Source of the DNA: Parvularia atlantis
Lineage: Eukaryota
Length of the DNA stretch: 34,968 nt
NCBI GenBank assembly: GCA_943704415.1
Contig: CALSCO010000461.1
Location: 1-34,968 of the forward strand
Direction of reading: 5' to 3'
This document shows positions 1-12,720 of this stretch, piece after piece. Position numbers and translations under genes: made by a program. The notes beneath the pieces are model-generated. The model saw only the letters and a list, made by a program, of their open reading frames with translations. It did not search any database and was not told the origin of the DNA. Positions within the stretch are counted from its first letter, which is position 1. Each line of letters begins with the position of its first letter.

Positions 1-2620
1 CCCCCCTCCCGCTGTGCAGAGAGCGCAGGCACTCGAGGCCGCCGCGACCGCCGCCAAGCAGGCACTCGAGCGCGACCGAGCGCGCGCTCAGGACGACCTG
101 CAGGCACGTGCGCTGGGAGGCTTCACAGTACGCCGACGCAACCCCATCGCAGGCCGCGAGTGTGCGCGCAGACGCGCTGGCAAAGGAGCTCGAGGACGAG
201 CGCCGCAAGCTGACCGCTGTCCAGAGCGATCTGCAGGTGTCGCACGCCGGCGCGCAGCGTATCGGGCAGCTCGAGAAGGAGCTCAAGTGCGTCGCGCGCG
301 CTGCCGCTGCCGCTGTGCCAACGTGACTGACGACCGGCGCCAGGGTCGCCAAGGTCGACATCGCCGACCTGAACGAGGACCGCGTCGAGCTCGAGGAGCG
401 CATCGCACAGCTGCGCCGCGACGCACAGGCGATCGAGACGCGCGAGAAGAAGGCTGTGCGTTGCGCCCCTTTCGTGCACACTGGCGCGCTCGCTCATCTA
501 CCCTCGCAGCGCGCCGGCGCACAGGCCGCCGAAGAGGAGCGCGACCAGCTGCAGGCACAGCTCACGTGCGCGCATCTGCTTTGGCGCGAAAGCTTCAGTG
601 CTGATGCGGTGGGCGCACGCCAGGTCGCGCACGACGGAGCTCAACACCGTGCTCGAGAGCCTCAAGGCAGAGCGGATCGACCACGACGCCAACGTGGCCG
701 ATCTCGAGAAGGAGATGGACATGCTTGGCGCCAAGCTGCGGGTGTGCCTGCATCGCTCGTCTTCGCTGCGGGCCGCAGCTGACCCGTCGGCAGGACTCGG
801 AGCGCCTGCGCGTCGAGAAGGCCGCGCTTGTGCAGTCGCTCGAGGGCGAGCGCGCCGAGCTGCAGCAGCGCGTGATGGAGCTACAGCAGAAGGCCACCGC
901 GGCCGTGCGCGCCAAGGACGAGTTTGACGAGCGGTGCAGCTCTTGTCGCGTGCGGGTCTCCACGTGCTGAGCACCTCGCGCAGGCTCGCCACCGCCAAGA
1001 ACCGCGCCGACTACCTTGAGAAGGAGGTGGCGGAGCTCGGCGCCAAGCTCGCCGACAGCGAGGGCAGCCTGCAGGATACCAAGATGGAGCTGCAGTCGAC
1101 CAAGGTGCCCGCAAGCTCGGACATGCCGTGCACGCTAAACACAAGGCGCACCAGGGGTCGCTCGAGGCCGAGTCGGTGCGCGTGCGCGAGCTCAATGCGC
1201 TGCTCGAGCGCTCGCTAGAGCAGAGCGGCGTGATCATGGGCGACGTACGTCGGCCCGTGCGGAGCTCCGGGTCCGTTTCTCACCTCCGTCCGCGTCGGCA
1301 GGCCGAGGTCATGCGTGCGCGCCTGGCTGAAGAGCGCGAGGACTGGGAGCGTGACCTCGTGCAGCTCGAGAAGGCACTGCAGGAGGCCAATGCCGCACGC
1401 GAGCACGCCGAGGCCGACCTGGCCGGGCTGCGCAAGGAGCTCGACATGACCAAAAAGAGCCTCGACGACACCAAGCAGCGCCTTGCTGCGACGGTCGAGA
1501 AGGTGCGGCGCCTGAGGACTGGCTGTCGTGGCTGACGTGCGTTGATCGTCCGCAGCTCGCCACGAGCGGCGTGTTTGAGGGGCAGAAGAAGACGGCCGTG
1601 GGCGGGCGCGCCTCGACCGACCTCATTAAGATGCGTTCGGAGAAGCGCGCGATGCAGGAGAAGCTGCGCACGGAGGAGCAGCTGCGCATGAACCTCGAGG
1701 TGTGCGCCTCCCCCACCGTGCACGCACATCGCGTAGTCGCTTACCGCAGTGGCCGTGCAGACGCGCATCAAGAAGCTCGAGAAGCAGCTCGAGGAGAACG
1801 AGAGCGAGCTGCGCCAGGCGCAGGAGCACGGCTCGCAGCGCCCGCGCTCACCCACGCCCAGCTTCTCGTCCGAGGTCTCGCTCAGCAAGGACGCGAGCCC
1901 GTCGTCGCTGTCGGTCTTTGGCGGCTCCGTGCGCGAGCGCAAGTCGTTCCTGGGTGCGGTCGTCGTGCGCGCTGCGCGGTTAGCCGGCTCATGCGACGGT
2001 CGTTTCGCACAGGCGGTACCGACACGGTCGAGAAGCTGCAGGCGCTGTTTGGTCACGGCCACAAGCCGTCGGTGCCGCTCAAACCGAACGGTACGGTACC
2101 GTGCCGCGACACACAGGCTCACGCCGCGCGTTATAGGGCCGCTCGAGGGCACGCTCAAGGTGCGCCGGCCCAAGAACGCCCGCGCCGGCTTCAAGAAGAT
2201 GTTTGTGGCCGTGCGGGACCACACGGTCCGTCGTCTGCCGCGCACCGCACGGTGGCGCATGCTGACCGGGCCCGTGTTGGCAGATGTACGTGTTTGAGAA
2301 GCAGAGCGACAGCACCAACCTGACGCTGGCGGTGGTCGCGTTTAACTTGTGGTGCGTGCGTGCTCCCGCGCGCCATCGCAAGCCTTGATGCACGTCGCGC
2401 ATTAGGCAACAACAGTTGATGCTGCGCGTGCCGACGGCGGCACAGATCCGCAACATCACCGAGAAGGAGCTCGCGTGCACGTTCATGGTCATCGTGCTCG
2501 ACGTGCGTCTGCTCCCGCACGCCACGCGTGCGTGTTGCGCGTGCACTCACTGCGGGCATGCAGGGGCTGACCACGGGCCCTGGCACGATGCTGCCGCAGC
2601 TCACGGCGTCGGCCGAGGCC

Positions 2621-2652
<32 letters not shown>

Positions 2653-4052
2653 GAGCGCGGCGCCGCCGAGCCCATCCGTGGCCAAGGTGCTTTGCGCACG
2701 ACGCAAGAGCGCCCAGGCGGCTGAGCAGTCGGCGCACGCACAGGCTGAAGATCGCATGACGCGCGAGCAGATCGAGGACAAGATCAAGGCACTCAAGGCC
2801 GACAAGGAGCGCGAGACGCGCATCCTCAGCGGCGCGCGCGGGATGGCGCAGGCGCTCGAGGTGCGCGCGCCCGCGAGCGCAGCGTGTATCCCAGCCCACC
2901 GTGACGATGGCTGCCCCTCGCAGAAGACCGAAAAGTCGAACAAGAACCCGTCACCGGCCATGCTCCAGGCGCGCGCGCAGGTCGAAGGTGCGTGCACGCA
3001 AGCCGCACAGACGCGTGTCTGTTGACGGCTGCGCGTCGATAGGCTGCACGAAGAAGATCGCTGAGATCGAGCGCAGCCTCGAGGCACTCGACAAGCAGCT
3101 CGCCACGGCCAAGAAGGTGGAGGAGGCCGGCGGCGCGGAGACGCTGGCGGTGCCGGCGTCGTCCGGCGGCGGCATCGTCAAGTCGACGTCGAGCACGTCG
3201 ATCGGCTCGGGTTCGGACGACCAGGAGGCGCTGCGCGCGAGCATCCGCAAGGAGATTGAGAAGGAGACGCAGAAGAAGCAGGGCCTCGAGAAGATGATCT
3301 CGCGCCTCGGCGGGCAGCAGGCGGAGGGTGCGTGCGCTTACCCTCTCGCAAGCATGGCTGACCGCGGGCCCCGCGTGCGCAGAGGCCAAACGGCAGCTCG
3401 CCGAGGTGGCCATTCGCATCAGCACGCTGCAGTCGGAGCTCGACCACGAGACCGTGAGCGCGACAGGCGTGCCGGGACTGCAGCGCGAGGTGGCGTGGCG
3501 CGACGATGGGCGCGGGCTCGCGACGCTGAAGTACCACGCGGCAGACCGCCGAGTTTAACGGTCACCGCTTCCGCATGACCTCGTACATCGTGCCCGTTGA
3601 CTGCCACGTGTGCTTCCAGCCGCTCAAGGTGCACGCGACGAGCCCGAACGAAGGCTTTGCGTGCCAGGGTGCGTTTGCCTGCGCGCTCTTCGCTCGTGCG
3701 ACCGCTGACAGCGCTGCCCTCGTGTGTAGTGTGCCATCTCATCTGCCACAAGGTGCGGGCCAGCACGCGTGCAACGCATGACATGACCTGACACCGCTTA
3801 CGCGCGCCCGCGCCCGCGCCCGGCACAGCAATGCCACACGACCGTGACCGAGACGTGCGCGATTGTGCAGGAGCTCAAGGAGGCGCCGCCGACGTTCTTC
3901 ATCGTCGACTCGGAGGAGCACAAGTTCATGTGGCTGAGTGCGTTCCCTTGCTAACATTGTGCGTCCGCGCGTCGGCCCCGCTCACGCGCCCGCGCACGGC
4001 ACGTGCAGCCCAGCTGCACCTCGTCCGCACACAAGCGCCCTCAAGCTCGTAG
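1..4052 (+). CDS. ROCK/citron/MRCK-like protein, C-terminal part (5'-truncated, multi-exon): long coiled coil, split PH domain, two HR1-like repeats, C1 zinc finger
   Basis: Spliced exons give E/K/L/R-rich coiled coil, PH N-half (GPLEGTLKVRRPKNARAGFKKMFVAV..MYVFEK), HR1-like helices (IEDKIKALKADKERETRILSGARGM; IRKEIEKETQKKQGLEKM), C1 pattern (HRF..CHVC..CQVCHLICHKQC..C) and PH C-half (FFIVDSEEHKFMWL); stop TAG 4050-4052. No kinase domain inside the window. Confidence 0.65.
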
Positions 4053-4107
4053 TAAGCTTCTTTACCAATCCACACTTACCCCTGCGTTTCCAGTCGCTGA
4101 CCACGCG

Positions 4108-7100
4108 ATGGGTGTGGTTGCGACGGTCGCGTCGCACGCACTGCCGCTTGCGTTGGTGCGTCGCACTGCCACCGCGGCACCGTCTGACACGCGTGCGCAG
4201 CTGCTCGGCGCATGCTACGTGCTTGCGGTCCTGCTCGATGCCGTGCTGCGCCGTCGCAAGGCACGCGCGCCCCGCCCCGCCCCGCTCGCACCCGTTTGTT
4301 AACACGACCACCGCGACCAACGCGACCATCGCAGTTCGTCGCCGCGCTCGAGCCCTTTGCGCGCCCCGGCCCGCCGCACTGGCTGCTCGGGCACATCCCG
4401 CTGCTCACACGGCAGCTCAACCCTCAGCACGGCCGCGCCGACTTTCTCGCGGCGCTCGTCGCCGCCGCACACGCGCCCAACCAGCCCGTCGTCGCACTCG
4501 ACCTGTTTGCGCCGTGCGTTGTGCAAGCAGGCACGCGTGCGGCCACTCACGGCGCCACCCGCAGGTGGGTGCCGTGGGCCAACCCGATCCTGATCCCGTG
4601 CAAGGCCGAGGTCGTGCAGGAGATCCTGTCGCAGCGCAACTACCGGCGCATGTACAAGAGCCGGGCGTACCGTATCTCGCGGCCGCTGATCGGCGGTACG
4701 CGCCGTCTGCTGCCGCGCCGCATCGTCTGAGAGGCGTGTGCGCTGCCAGACGGTATCCTCAGCGCCGAGGAGGACAACTGGAAGCACCAGCGCAAGGTCG
4801 CCGAGCCAGGCACGCACGCGTCTGCAGCCATTCGCGTGTGTGCACCGCTTGACGCAGGCACCGCGCAGGCTTCCGCTACGCCTTTCTGCGCGATCAGGCC
4901 GTCCCGACCGTGCAGCGGCTGTCGGATAAACTCGTGCGGCACTGTCTGTGCGTGGTGTACGCGCCTCGCTCATTCGACCGCTCCCGCGCAGCGCGACCTG
5001 CTGCGGACGCACGACCCGAAGGAGCCGTTCGACATGTACGCACTCATGCTGCGCTTTACGGTGCGTCCGTGGGTCTGCGACGAGCAGCGCGTGGCTCATG
5101 CTGCGCGTGCCAGGCCGACGCCATCGGCCTTATCGCGTTTGGCTACGACTTCCAGGGCCTCGGCGCCGCGTCGAACAAGGACGCGACAATGTGCGTGGCC
5201 ACGCTGAGGCAGTGCGGCCTAGGTTCACCTGCTGGCCAGGTACGAGATCTTCCGGGTGGTCCTGCACGAGCTCGCGCGCCGCACCGACAGCATGCTCTCG
5301 CGCTTTGTGTGGCAGTACCTGCCAGTCGAGAGCACGCGGCAGTTCCACGTGAAGGTGCCCCTCCTCCCCCTGGAGGGTTGGAGCACGGCTCGTTGTGACA
5401 ATTGCGCGCGCGCGCGCGCGCATGTGTGTGTGCGTAGATCAAGCAGCTGCGTGCGGTGATCCAGGACGTGATCGCGCAGCGGCACTTGAAGATCAAGACG
5501 GTGCGCTGGACGCGGCAGATGTGCACATGAGCCGGTCTGATCGCGCCTCCCCCGCGCATGAGCAGGGCCAGGTCACCGAGTGGGAGAAGAACGACGTGCT
5601 GTCGCAGCTGCTCAAGCGCGACGAGAGCGGCCAGGCGCTGCTGACGGACGATCAGGTCCTCGAGAACATGCAGAGTGCGTCTTACGCATGCGCGTGCACG
5701 CGCCCGCGCATGCTTACCTGCAACCGTGCAGCGTTCCTGTTTGCGGGCCACGACACGTACGCCCGGCGGCTGTGCCGTCTGTGTGCTGCCGGCTGACACG
5801 CTCGCAGCACCGCGTCTGCCCTCACTTGGGGCACGTACATCCTCGCGACGCATCCGGAGATTGAACGCAAGCTGTATGCGGAAGGTGTGCCCGCCTGCCT
5901 TGCGCGCAGCCCGCCCGTCTCACGCGTGACCGCAGTTGTCCGCGTGCTCGACGGGCGCGAGGGGCCAACGTTTGACGACATCGACTCGCGCATGCCGTAT
6001 CTCAACGCGTTCCTCAAGGAGATCCTGCGCCTGTACCCGAGCGCAGGTGCACCGTGCGCGTTGGTGCCGCGTTGGCGCCGCGCACATGCGTCTCACGACC
6101 GTGCCGTGCGCAGGCTTCGGGCGCGTGGCGACAGAGGACGTGCACCTGGAATCGGTCAGGCTGACGGTACCGAAGGGCTGCGAGGTGCGCGCCGCGCAAT
6201 ATCCTGCGGTGTTTGACGCGTCACTCGGCGCGTCGATCGAGACGCAGATACTCTTCATCCCGACGATCATGCATACGGACCCGCAGTACTACACCAACCC
6301 GCTGGCCTTCCGGTGCGGCGTGTGCGTGTGTGTGCGCATCGGCTTCAGGCTTACGGTGCACGGCTCAGGCCCGAGCGCTGGCTGGGCGAGGAGGGCCTGC
6401 ACATCAACATGAACGCGTACTTTCCGTTCTCGGCCGGTGCGGGAGGGGGATGCTGGTGATGTTGCGCGTGTGACTCGATGCACGCGCGCCTTGCCAGGGC
6501 CTCGCAACTGCATCGGGCTGCGGCTCGCGCAGACCGAGTTCCGCGTGCTCATGTGCTCGGTGCGCGTCGCTTGCACCGGCGCGAACTGGCTGGACGCGCA
6601 CGGCCGCAGCTGGTGCAGCACTTCCACTTCCAGCACTCGGACATGTTTACGCCGCGCGTCAACATCGGTGTGTGAGACTGCTCGTGCGCATTGCTCTGAC
6701 GGCGCGCGCAGACCTCACACTCTTCCCGGTCCACATGCACATGACCGTGCGGCCCAAGACTACACACGACCTGCGCGTCATTCAAGCGTACATCGGCGCC
6801 GGCGAGCCGGATGACTTTGAGGTCTTGTGCGCGCTTGCGTGCGCGCCTGCGCGACGGGCTGACGTGCACGGTGCAGGAGCCCGTGCCAAGCTTCGTCGTT
6901 GCATCGGCTGCCGCACCGGCTATTGCATCGGCTGCCGCACCGGCTACTGCACCGGCTGTGTCGCGTGCGCAGGACGATGCTGCGGTGCGCTTGCCGTGCG
7001 CCAGGAGAGCCGATCGGGCCTGACGGCACTGTGCGCAGCTTGCTCGCATCGTGCAGCAGCTCGACGCCGCAACTGCGCTTGCGCGCAAGCTCGAGGCGCT

Positions 7101-7248
7101 CGTCCACGCGCCGCCGCAGCGACAGCCACCCCACCCCCACCCGCTGCCACAGATCGTGCCCGCCGTGCTGGCCGCGGCAGTCGCCGGCGCGGCCGCGGGC
7201 GCCGTCGCCACCGCGCTGCTGTCGCGTCGTCGCCCTGGTCGTGTGTGA
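4108..7248 (+). CDS. Cytochrome P450 (CYP4-clan-like), multi-exon, with C-terminal extension
   Basis: N-terminal hydrophobic anchor, [18 protein letters not shown]-helix FAGHDTT, EILRLYP (ExxR), PERW, heme motif FSAGPRNCIG; stop TGA 7246-7248. Confidence 0.93.
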
Positions 7249-7288
7249 AACCCGTGTCACTTTTTGTACCTCAACGCGACCTGTGGCA

Positions 7289-9413
7289 ATGCCGCGCGAG
7301 ATCATCACGGTGCAGGCGGGCCAGTGCGGCAACCAGGGTGCGGCGGCCCACAACACTCGCACAGTGAGGGCTGACGCGGCGCGGCGCACGGCAGTCGGCA
7401 GCGAGTTCTGGAAGCACCTGTGCGCCGAGCACGGCCTCGACAGCAACGGCAAGCTCAAGCCGGGCGCGCACGACGGCCAGGACCGCAAGGACGTGTTCTT
7501 CTACCAGGCACGGCGTGTGCGCACAGGCGCGTGTGCCCATGCTGAGCGTGGTGCGCATGCAGGCCGACGACGGGCAGTACATCCCGCGCGCCGTCCTGGT
7601 TGACCTCGAGCCGCGCGTGCGCACGACGACGCCGAGCCCGCGCCGCCTCACCGTCGCGGCCCGCAGGTGATCAACCAGATCATGTCGGGGCCGTACGCGC
7701 GCCTGTACAACCCAGAGAACGTGTTCATCGGCAAGGAGGGCGGCGGCGCGGGCAACAACTGGGCCGAGGGCTACGGCAAGATGGACGAGGCCATCCTCGA
7801 GATCATCGACCGCGAGGCCGACGGCAGCGACAGCCTCGAGGTGCGTGAAGGGGGGGCCGAAGCCTCGCGCGATCGCTCCAGCGCGACGGCGCGGCCGCCA
7901 GGGCTTCACGCTGTGCCACTCGATCGCCGGCGGCACGGGCTCGGGCCTCGGCTCGCATCTGCTCGAGAAGCTCAACGACCGCTACCCGAAGAAGCTCGTG
8001 CGTGCTGCAGCGGACGACAGACGGCCGCACTTGCACGTGGTGGCCAACGCCCTCGCGCAGATCCAGACGTACTCGGTCTTCCCGAACGAGTCGCAGAACC
8101 AGAGCGACACCGTCGTGCAGCCGTACAACGCCATCCTCACGCTCAAGCGGCTCATCCTCAACACGGACTGCGTGGTGCGTGCGTGGTGCACGTCGGTGTA
8201 TGCGCTTCGCTTGACGCAGCGCGCAGATGGTGCTCGACAATATGGCCCTCGACGCCGTGTCCATCTCGCAGCTCAACATGGCCCAGCCCACGCTCGCCCA
8301 GACAAATCAGATGGTGCGCTGCGCAGCCGCTTCGCGTGGCGTGCATCGCTCACGTGGTTACTCGCAGGTCTCGACGGTCATGGCCGCCTCGACGTCGACG
8401 CTGCGCTACCCGAGCTACATGAACAATGACCTCGTGCGCCGCACCCCGTCGCATTGCTGCCGCTTGCGTCGCTGAAGAGGCATCGCGCCTCGGGCGGGCA
8501 GGTCGGGCTGCTCGCGCCGCTCATCCCGACGCCGCGCCTGCACTTTCTCATGCCCGCGTACACGCCGTTCTCGTCCGACATGGTCGAGGAGGTGCGCGCC
8601 GCGCACGAGCTGGGCGGCGGCTCAGTGCGCGCGTGGGCAACGCAGGCCAAGAGTGTGCGCAAGACGACTGTGCTCGACGTGATGCGGCGCCTGCTCAACC
8701 CGGCCAACCTGATGGTGTGTTGCAGGCCCTGCCGTGCAAGGCTGATGTGCCGCGGGCCAGGTCAACGCGCCCACGGGGCGGCACGGGCGGTACATCTCCG
8801 TGCTCAACATAATCCAGGGCGAGACCGACCCGACGCAGGTGCCCGCACCCGCTCTCGTCGCGACCGGGCTGAGCGTGTGCGCACGCACACAGGTGCACAA
8901 GAGCCTGCAGCGGATCCGCGACCGCAAGCTGGCCAACTTCATCCCATGGGGCCCCGCGTCGATCCAGGTGCCGTCTCACGGTGCTAGACGAGCCGCAGCG
9001 CGCTCAGCACCCCCGACGCGCCGCAGGTCGTGCTGTCGCGCAACAGCCCGTACGCATCCGACCCGACGCGCATCAGCGGGCTGATGCTGGCCAACCACAC
9101 GGCGTTTGGGATGGTGCGCACCTCGCTTCACGGCCGCCACGGCCGCCGCGGCCGCTCACCACCGCGACGGTGTACGCCGCAGCGCATCCGCAAGACGTGC
9201 GACGCGTACGACGTCATGCGCAAGCGCGGCATGTTCCTGCATCTGTTCAAGAAGAACGAGTCGTTCCAGATGGAGGAGTTTGATGACTCACGGTGCGCCG
9301 CGCCTGCAGCTGGCTGCGCGCCTGCCTGACGCCGCCGTCGCAGCGCCGTGGTCGAGGAGCTGATCCAGGAGTACGCCGCGTGCGAGTCGCCCGACTATGC
9401 CAAGGCGCCGTAG
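7289..9413 (+). CDS. TUBG1: Gamma-tubulin, multi-exon
   Basis: [77 protein letters not shown]; stop TAG 9411-9413. Confidence 0.97.
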
Positions 9414-9469
9414 CCAGGCCCCACCGCCCGCGCTCTGTGCCACTGTACAAACCAAGAAGATCGCCTTTC

Positions 9470-11675
9470 TCACATGCCCATGTACTGCCCAAACGCGCCC
9501 GCGTAGGCCATCGGGCGTACGTTCGGGTGGGGCACGTGCGTGAACGAGGTGATATCGCGGCGCACGGGCCCGTCCTTTGTGTCGCGGAAGAGCTTGACAA
9601 AGGCGCCCTTGTTGCCGACCTGGTCGCTGTGTGCGCGCACGCGTGCTTGTGTGTCAATGCCGCGCGGCGCGCACGAGGAGGCAGGCACCGCGCACCAGTA
9701 GTTGGGCGCCGAGAAAACCGTGATGCACTTGCCGCTGTGCTCAACCACGTAGCCTTCGTCCTTGACCTCGTGGCTGCGGATGATGAAGTCTGCACGGCAC
9801 ATTACCAGACGCAGATGGTGTGTGCGCCACGCACCGAGGTCGTTCAGCTCGAGGAACTTGGTTGTGACGTCGGGCCCAAACTGGATGCCGACGCCGCGCT
9901 TGCTCGGCGAGCGGCCGGGCTGCGTGCGAGGTTAGCAGGCGCGCGACACAGCGGTCACGCGCCGCACCATCGGCTGCGGGTCTGACCAGAGCATCTCGAC
10001 CATGAGGCCTGCGACGCGGCGTAGCGGTCACGACGCCGCACGTACTGCTGCCCGCGCGCGCAGGCACCTTCACTTGGCGGCTGCTGGAAGCGGTTGATCT
10101 GGCGCAGCTCCTGCAGCTTGACGTCGTCGCGGCTAAAGAGGCCGCCGTGCACGACCTGCGGCACACGGCCGGCGCTCAGCATGCGCACGCCAGCCTGTCG
10201 GGTCCACACCAGCACTTTCGACCCGACGCACGCCGCCAGCGGGATCGCATTGAACACTTCCTCAAATAGGCGGAATGCCAGCTCCGAGTACTTGGCCTTG
10301 ACCTCACCCTCGAAGCCGTAGACGCGGTTCATGTCGCTCGTCTCATGATTGCCGCTGCCGCGGGGTGGCGGACGGCGTGAGCAGCGGCTCCACACACGCG
10401 CGCGCACGAGAGGGGCGCGCACCGCATGATGTGGAAGTGGTCGGGGTAGAGGACCTTGTACGCGATCATGGTCGTGATCACCTCGACCGAGAAAGAGCCG
10501 CGGTCGACAAAGTCGCCGTTGAACAGCTGCGCGCGCTCGCATCAGGTCGACGTTCACCCATCATGCGCTGCGGGCAGCGCGCGTAAGGGTTCGACGGCGA
10601 GGGCTTGCCGTTGAGCTCAAAGATGTTGAGTAGGTCGTAAAACTGCCCGTGCGTGTCGCCGCAGACAGTGATCTGCCCCGCGCGCGTGCTCAGTGTGTAG
10701 CGCGCCGGCGCGCTCGGTGCGGCCGCGCACCTGCGTGCCCGCCTCGAGCGGCACGTCGACGAGCGACGGCAGCGCGGCCAGGATCTCCTTTGCTTTGAGC
10801 AGCATCTGCGGCGAGCGTGCGGTCAGCGCGCGCAGGTGAGGCCCACACCGCGCACCTTGAACAGGTACTTGCGGTGGATCGTCTTCTGCTGCTTCATGCG
10901 GGCGAGCACGGCGTCGACAAACTCGGCCGTGATCTCGCCGTCCATACGCGGCCCGTCGTACGAGTCCTCGACCGCTGCCGTCGCCGCTGGGGTGAGCGGC
11001 CGCGCGCGCACAGGGCCCGCGCACCGATCGCGTCCAGGTCGATCGTCTTGGACGGCGGCACAACGTCCTGCTCGCTGTCGATCGCCTGCGGGGCGCGCGC
11101 GGCTTGCGGTCAGCAGCGGCCACGTGCGGCGACCGCGGTCGGGCGCATCGGCGTTGCCTTCTCAAACTCGATCCGTCGCACGATCTTCTCAACCTCGGCC
11201 AGCTTCTTCTTCGCATCCGGGTCGCTGGGCGCGACCTTGACGACGGCGCGGAGGTCGCGCAGAGCGTCCTTGAACTTGAGCAGGCCCATGTGCGCGGTGG
11301 CGCGGCGGTAGTAGGCCTTTGTGGCAGCGACTTTAGGGCATGAACGTGGGCGGCACACGGCGCCTCGGGCCGCACCTTGACGTACGTCCGGTCCAGCTCG
11401 AGTGCGCGGTTGGCGTCGGCCACGGCGTAGCCGTAGTTCTCCACGCGCGTGTGCGCGAACGCGCGGTTGGCAAAGTACGCCGCGACGGTCGGGTTGAGCT
11501 CGATCGCGCGGTCGTACATGTCGATCGCCTTGGCAAAGTGGCCCTCCTGGAACTGCTTGTTGGCCGTGTTCTTGGCCTCCTCAGCGCGCGCACGGTCCTC
11601 GTCGGTCACGGGCGCGGGCGCGGCTGCCGCGACGGGCTGCGACGGCGCGTCGGCCGCGTCGTCTACGTCGGCCAT
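9470..11675 (-). CDS. PPP5C: Serine/threonine protein phosphatase 5 (TPR + PPP catalytic domain), multi-exon
   Basis: TPR repeats ([35 protein letters not shown]), [36 protein letters not shown] and PP5-type C-terminus HPNVRPMAY. Confidence 0.96.
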
Positions 11676-11710
11676 GTCTTTTGCCTGTCTCCCGGCAAAC
11701 CGTGCGACAC

Positions 11711-12547
11711 ATGGCCGCAGACGGTGCACCCGAGTCGCCTCTGTATGACCACATCGCGGACGCGTACAGCAGCGTGTCGCAGTACCTGCACGAGCAGCTC
11801 ACGCTGCCGACCGTCACGGCGCTGCTTGGCCCGGGTGGCGTCACGGGGCTCAAGATCGTCGACGTCGCGTGCGGCTCGGGCCCGCTCTCGCGCGAGCTGC
11901 GCCGGATGGGCGCGGCGGCCGTCGTGGGCGTGGACCTGAGCGGGGAGATGATCGCGCGGGCGCAGCAGGAGGAGACCGTGGCGCCGCTTGGGATCTCGTA
12001 CCATGGTGCGTGCTTCGGTGCGGCGCAGCCGACATGTGCCCCTCACAAACATCACACGTTCCCACGCTTCTCTCGCGCCCGCGCAGTCGGCAACGCGCTC
12101 GAGGTCGCGCACATCGGCCTGCCGCACACGGGCGAGTTTGACCTGGCTACGTACATCTTCTGCTTCGTCTACAGCCAGACGCGCGAGCAGCTGGCGACGA
12201 TGGCGCGTGAGGCCGCGGCGCTGCTGCGTCCTGGCGGGCGGCTCGTGGCGGTCGTGGCCAACCCGTTCACGATCGCGACCGCGCACGGCGACCTGGGTGA
12301 GTTCCGCATGGCGCGCGTGGTGCGCGAGGACGTGCGCGAGGGCGATGCGATCCAGATCCGCCTGGGCACGCCGGCCAAGTACGTCGAGTTTGACAACTAC
12401 TACTGGACGGCAGCCACGTACGAGGCCGTGCTGGGCGAGGCCGGGCTTGTGGGCGTGACCTGGTCCGAGCCGCGGCCGACGTTTGCGGTGCAGGCGGGTG
12501 ACACGCGCTGGCCGATGCACTCGTGGTTTACCGCGACGCGTGCGTAA
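11711..12547 (+). CDS. Class I SAM-dependent methyltransferase (one intron, 12006-12086)
   Basis: YDHIADAY, motif I IVDVACGSG, VVGVDLSGEMI, FDL, LLRPGGRLV; stop TAA 12545-12547. Confidence 0.88.
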   Translation: MAADGAPESPLYDHIADAYSSVSQYLHEQLTLPTVTALLGPGGVTGLKIVDVACGSGPLSRELRRMGAAAVVGVDLSGEMIARAQQEETVAPLGISYHGACFGAAQPTCAPHKHHTFPRFSRARAVGNALEVAHIGLPHTGEFDLATYIFCFVYSQTREQLATMAREAAALLRPGGRLVAVVANPFTIATAHGDLGEFRMARVVREDVREGDAIQIRLGTPAKYVEFDNYYWTAATYEAVLGEAGLVGVTWSEPRPTFAVQAGDTRWPMHSWFTATRA

Positions 12548-12552
12548 TCAGT

Positions 12553-12553
<1 letters not shown>

Positions 12554-12608
<55 letters not shown>
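12554..12608. repeat. (GT)n microsatellite
   Basis: Perfect GT dinucleotide run just after the methyltransferase stop codon. Confidence 0.97.
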
Positions 12609-12609
<1 letters not shown>

Positions 12610-12720
12610 TGCTGAGCCTTGTACTCTCAGTCGCCACGCTCGCCCGCACTGTGCACCACTCAACTGCAATCATGAGCCTTTACCAGGCCTCCGAGAAGTG
12701 TGTGAGCCTTCCCAGACCCA

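Noticed and set aside
4052..4093. Intron-like GTAAGC...TTTCCAG across the ROCK-like stop codon that might fuse it to the P450
   Set aside because: Splicing gives TAT CGC TGA, which still stops before and out of frame with the P450 ATG.
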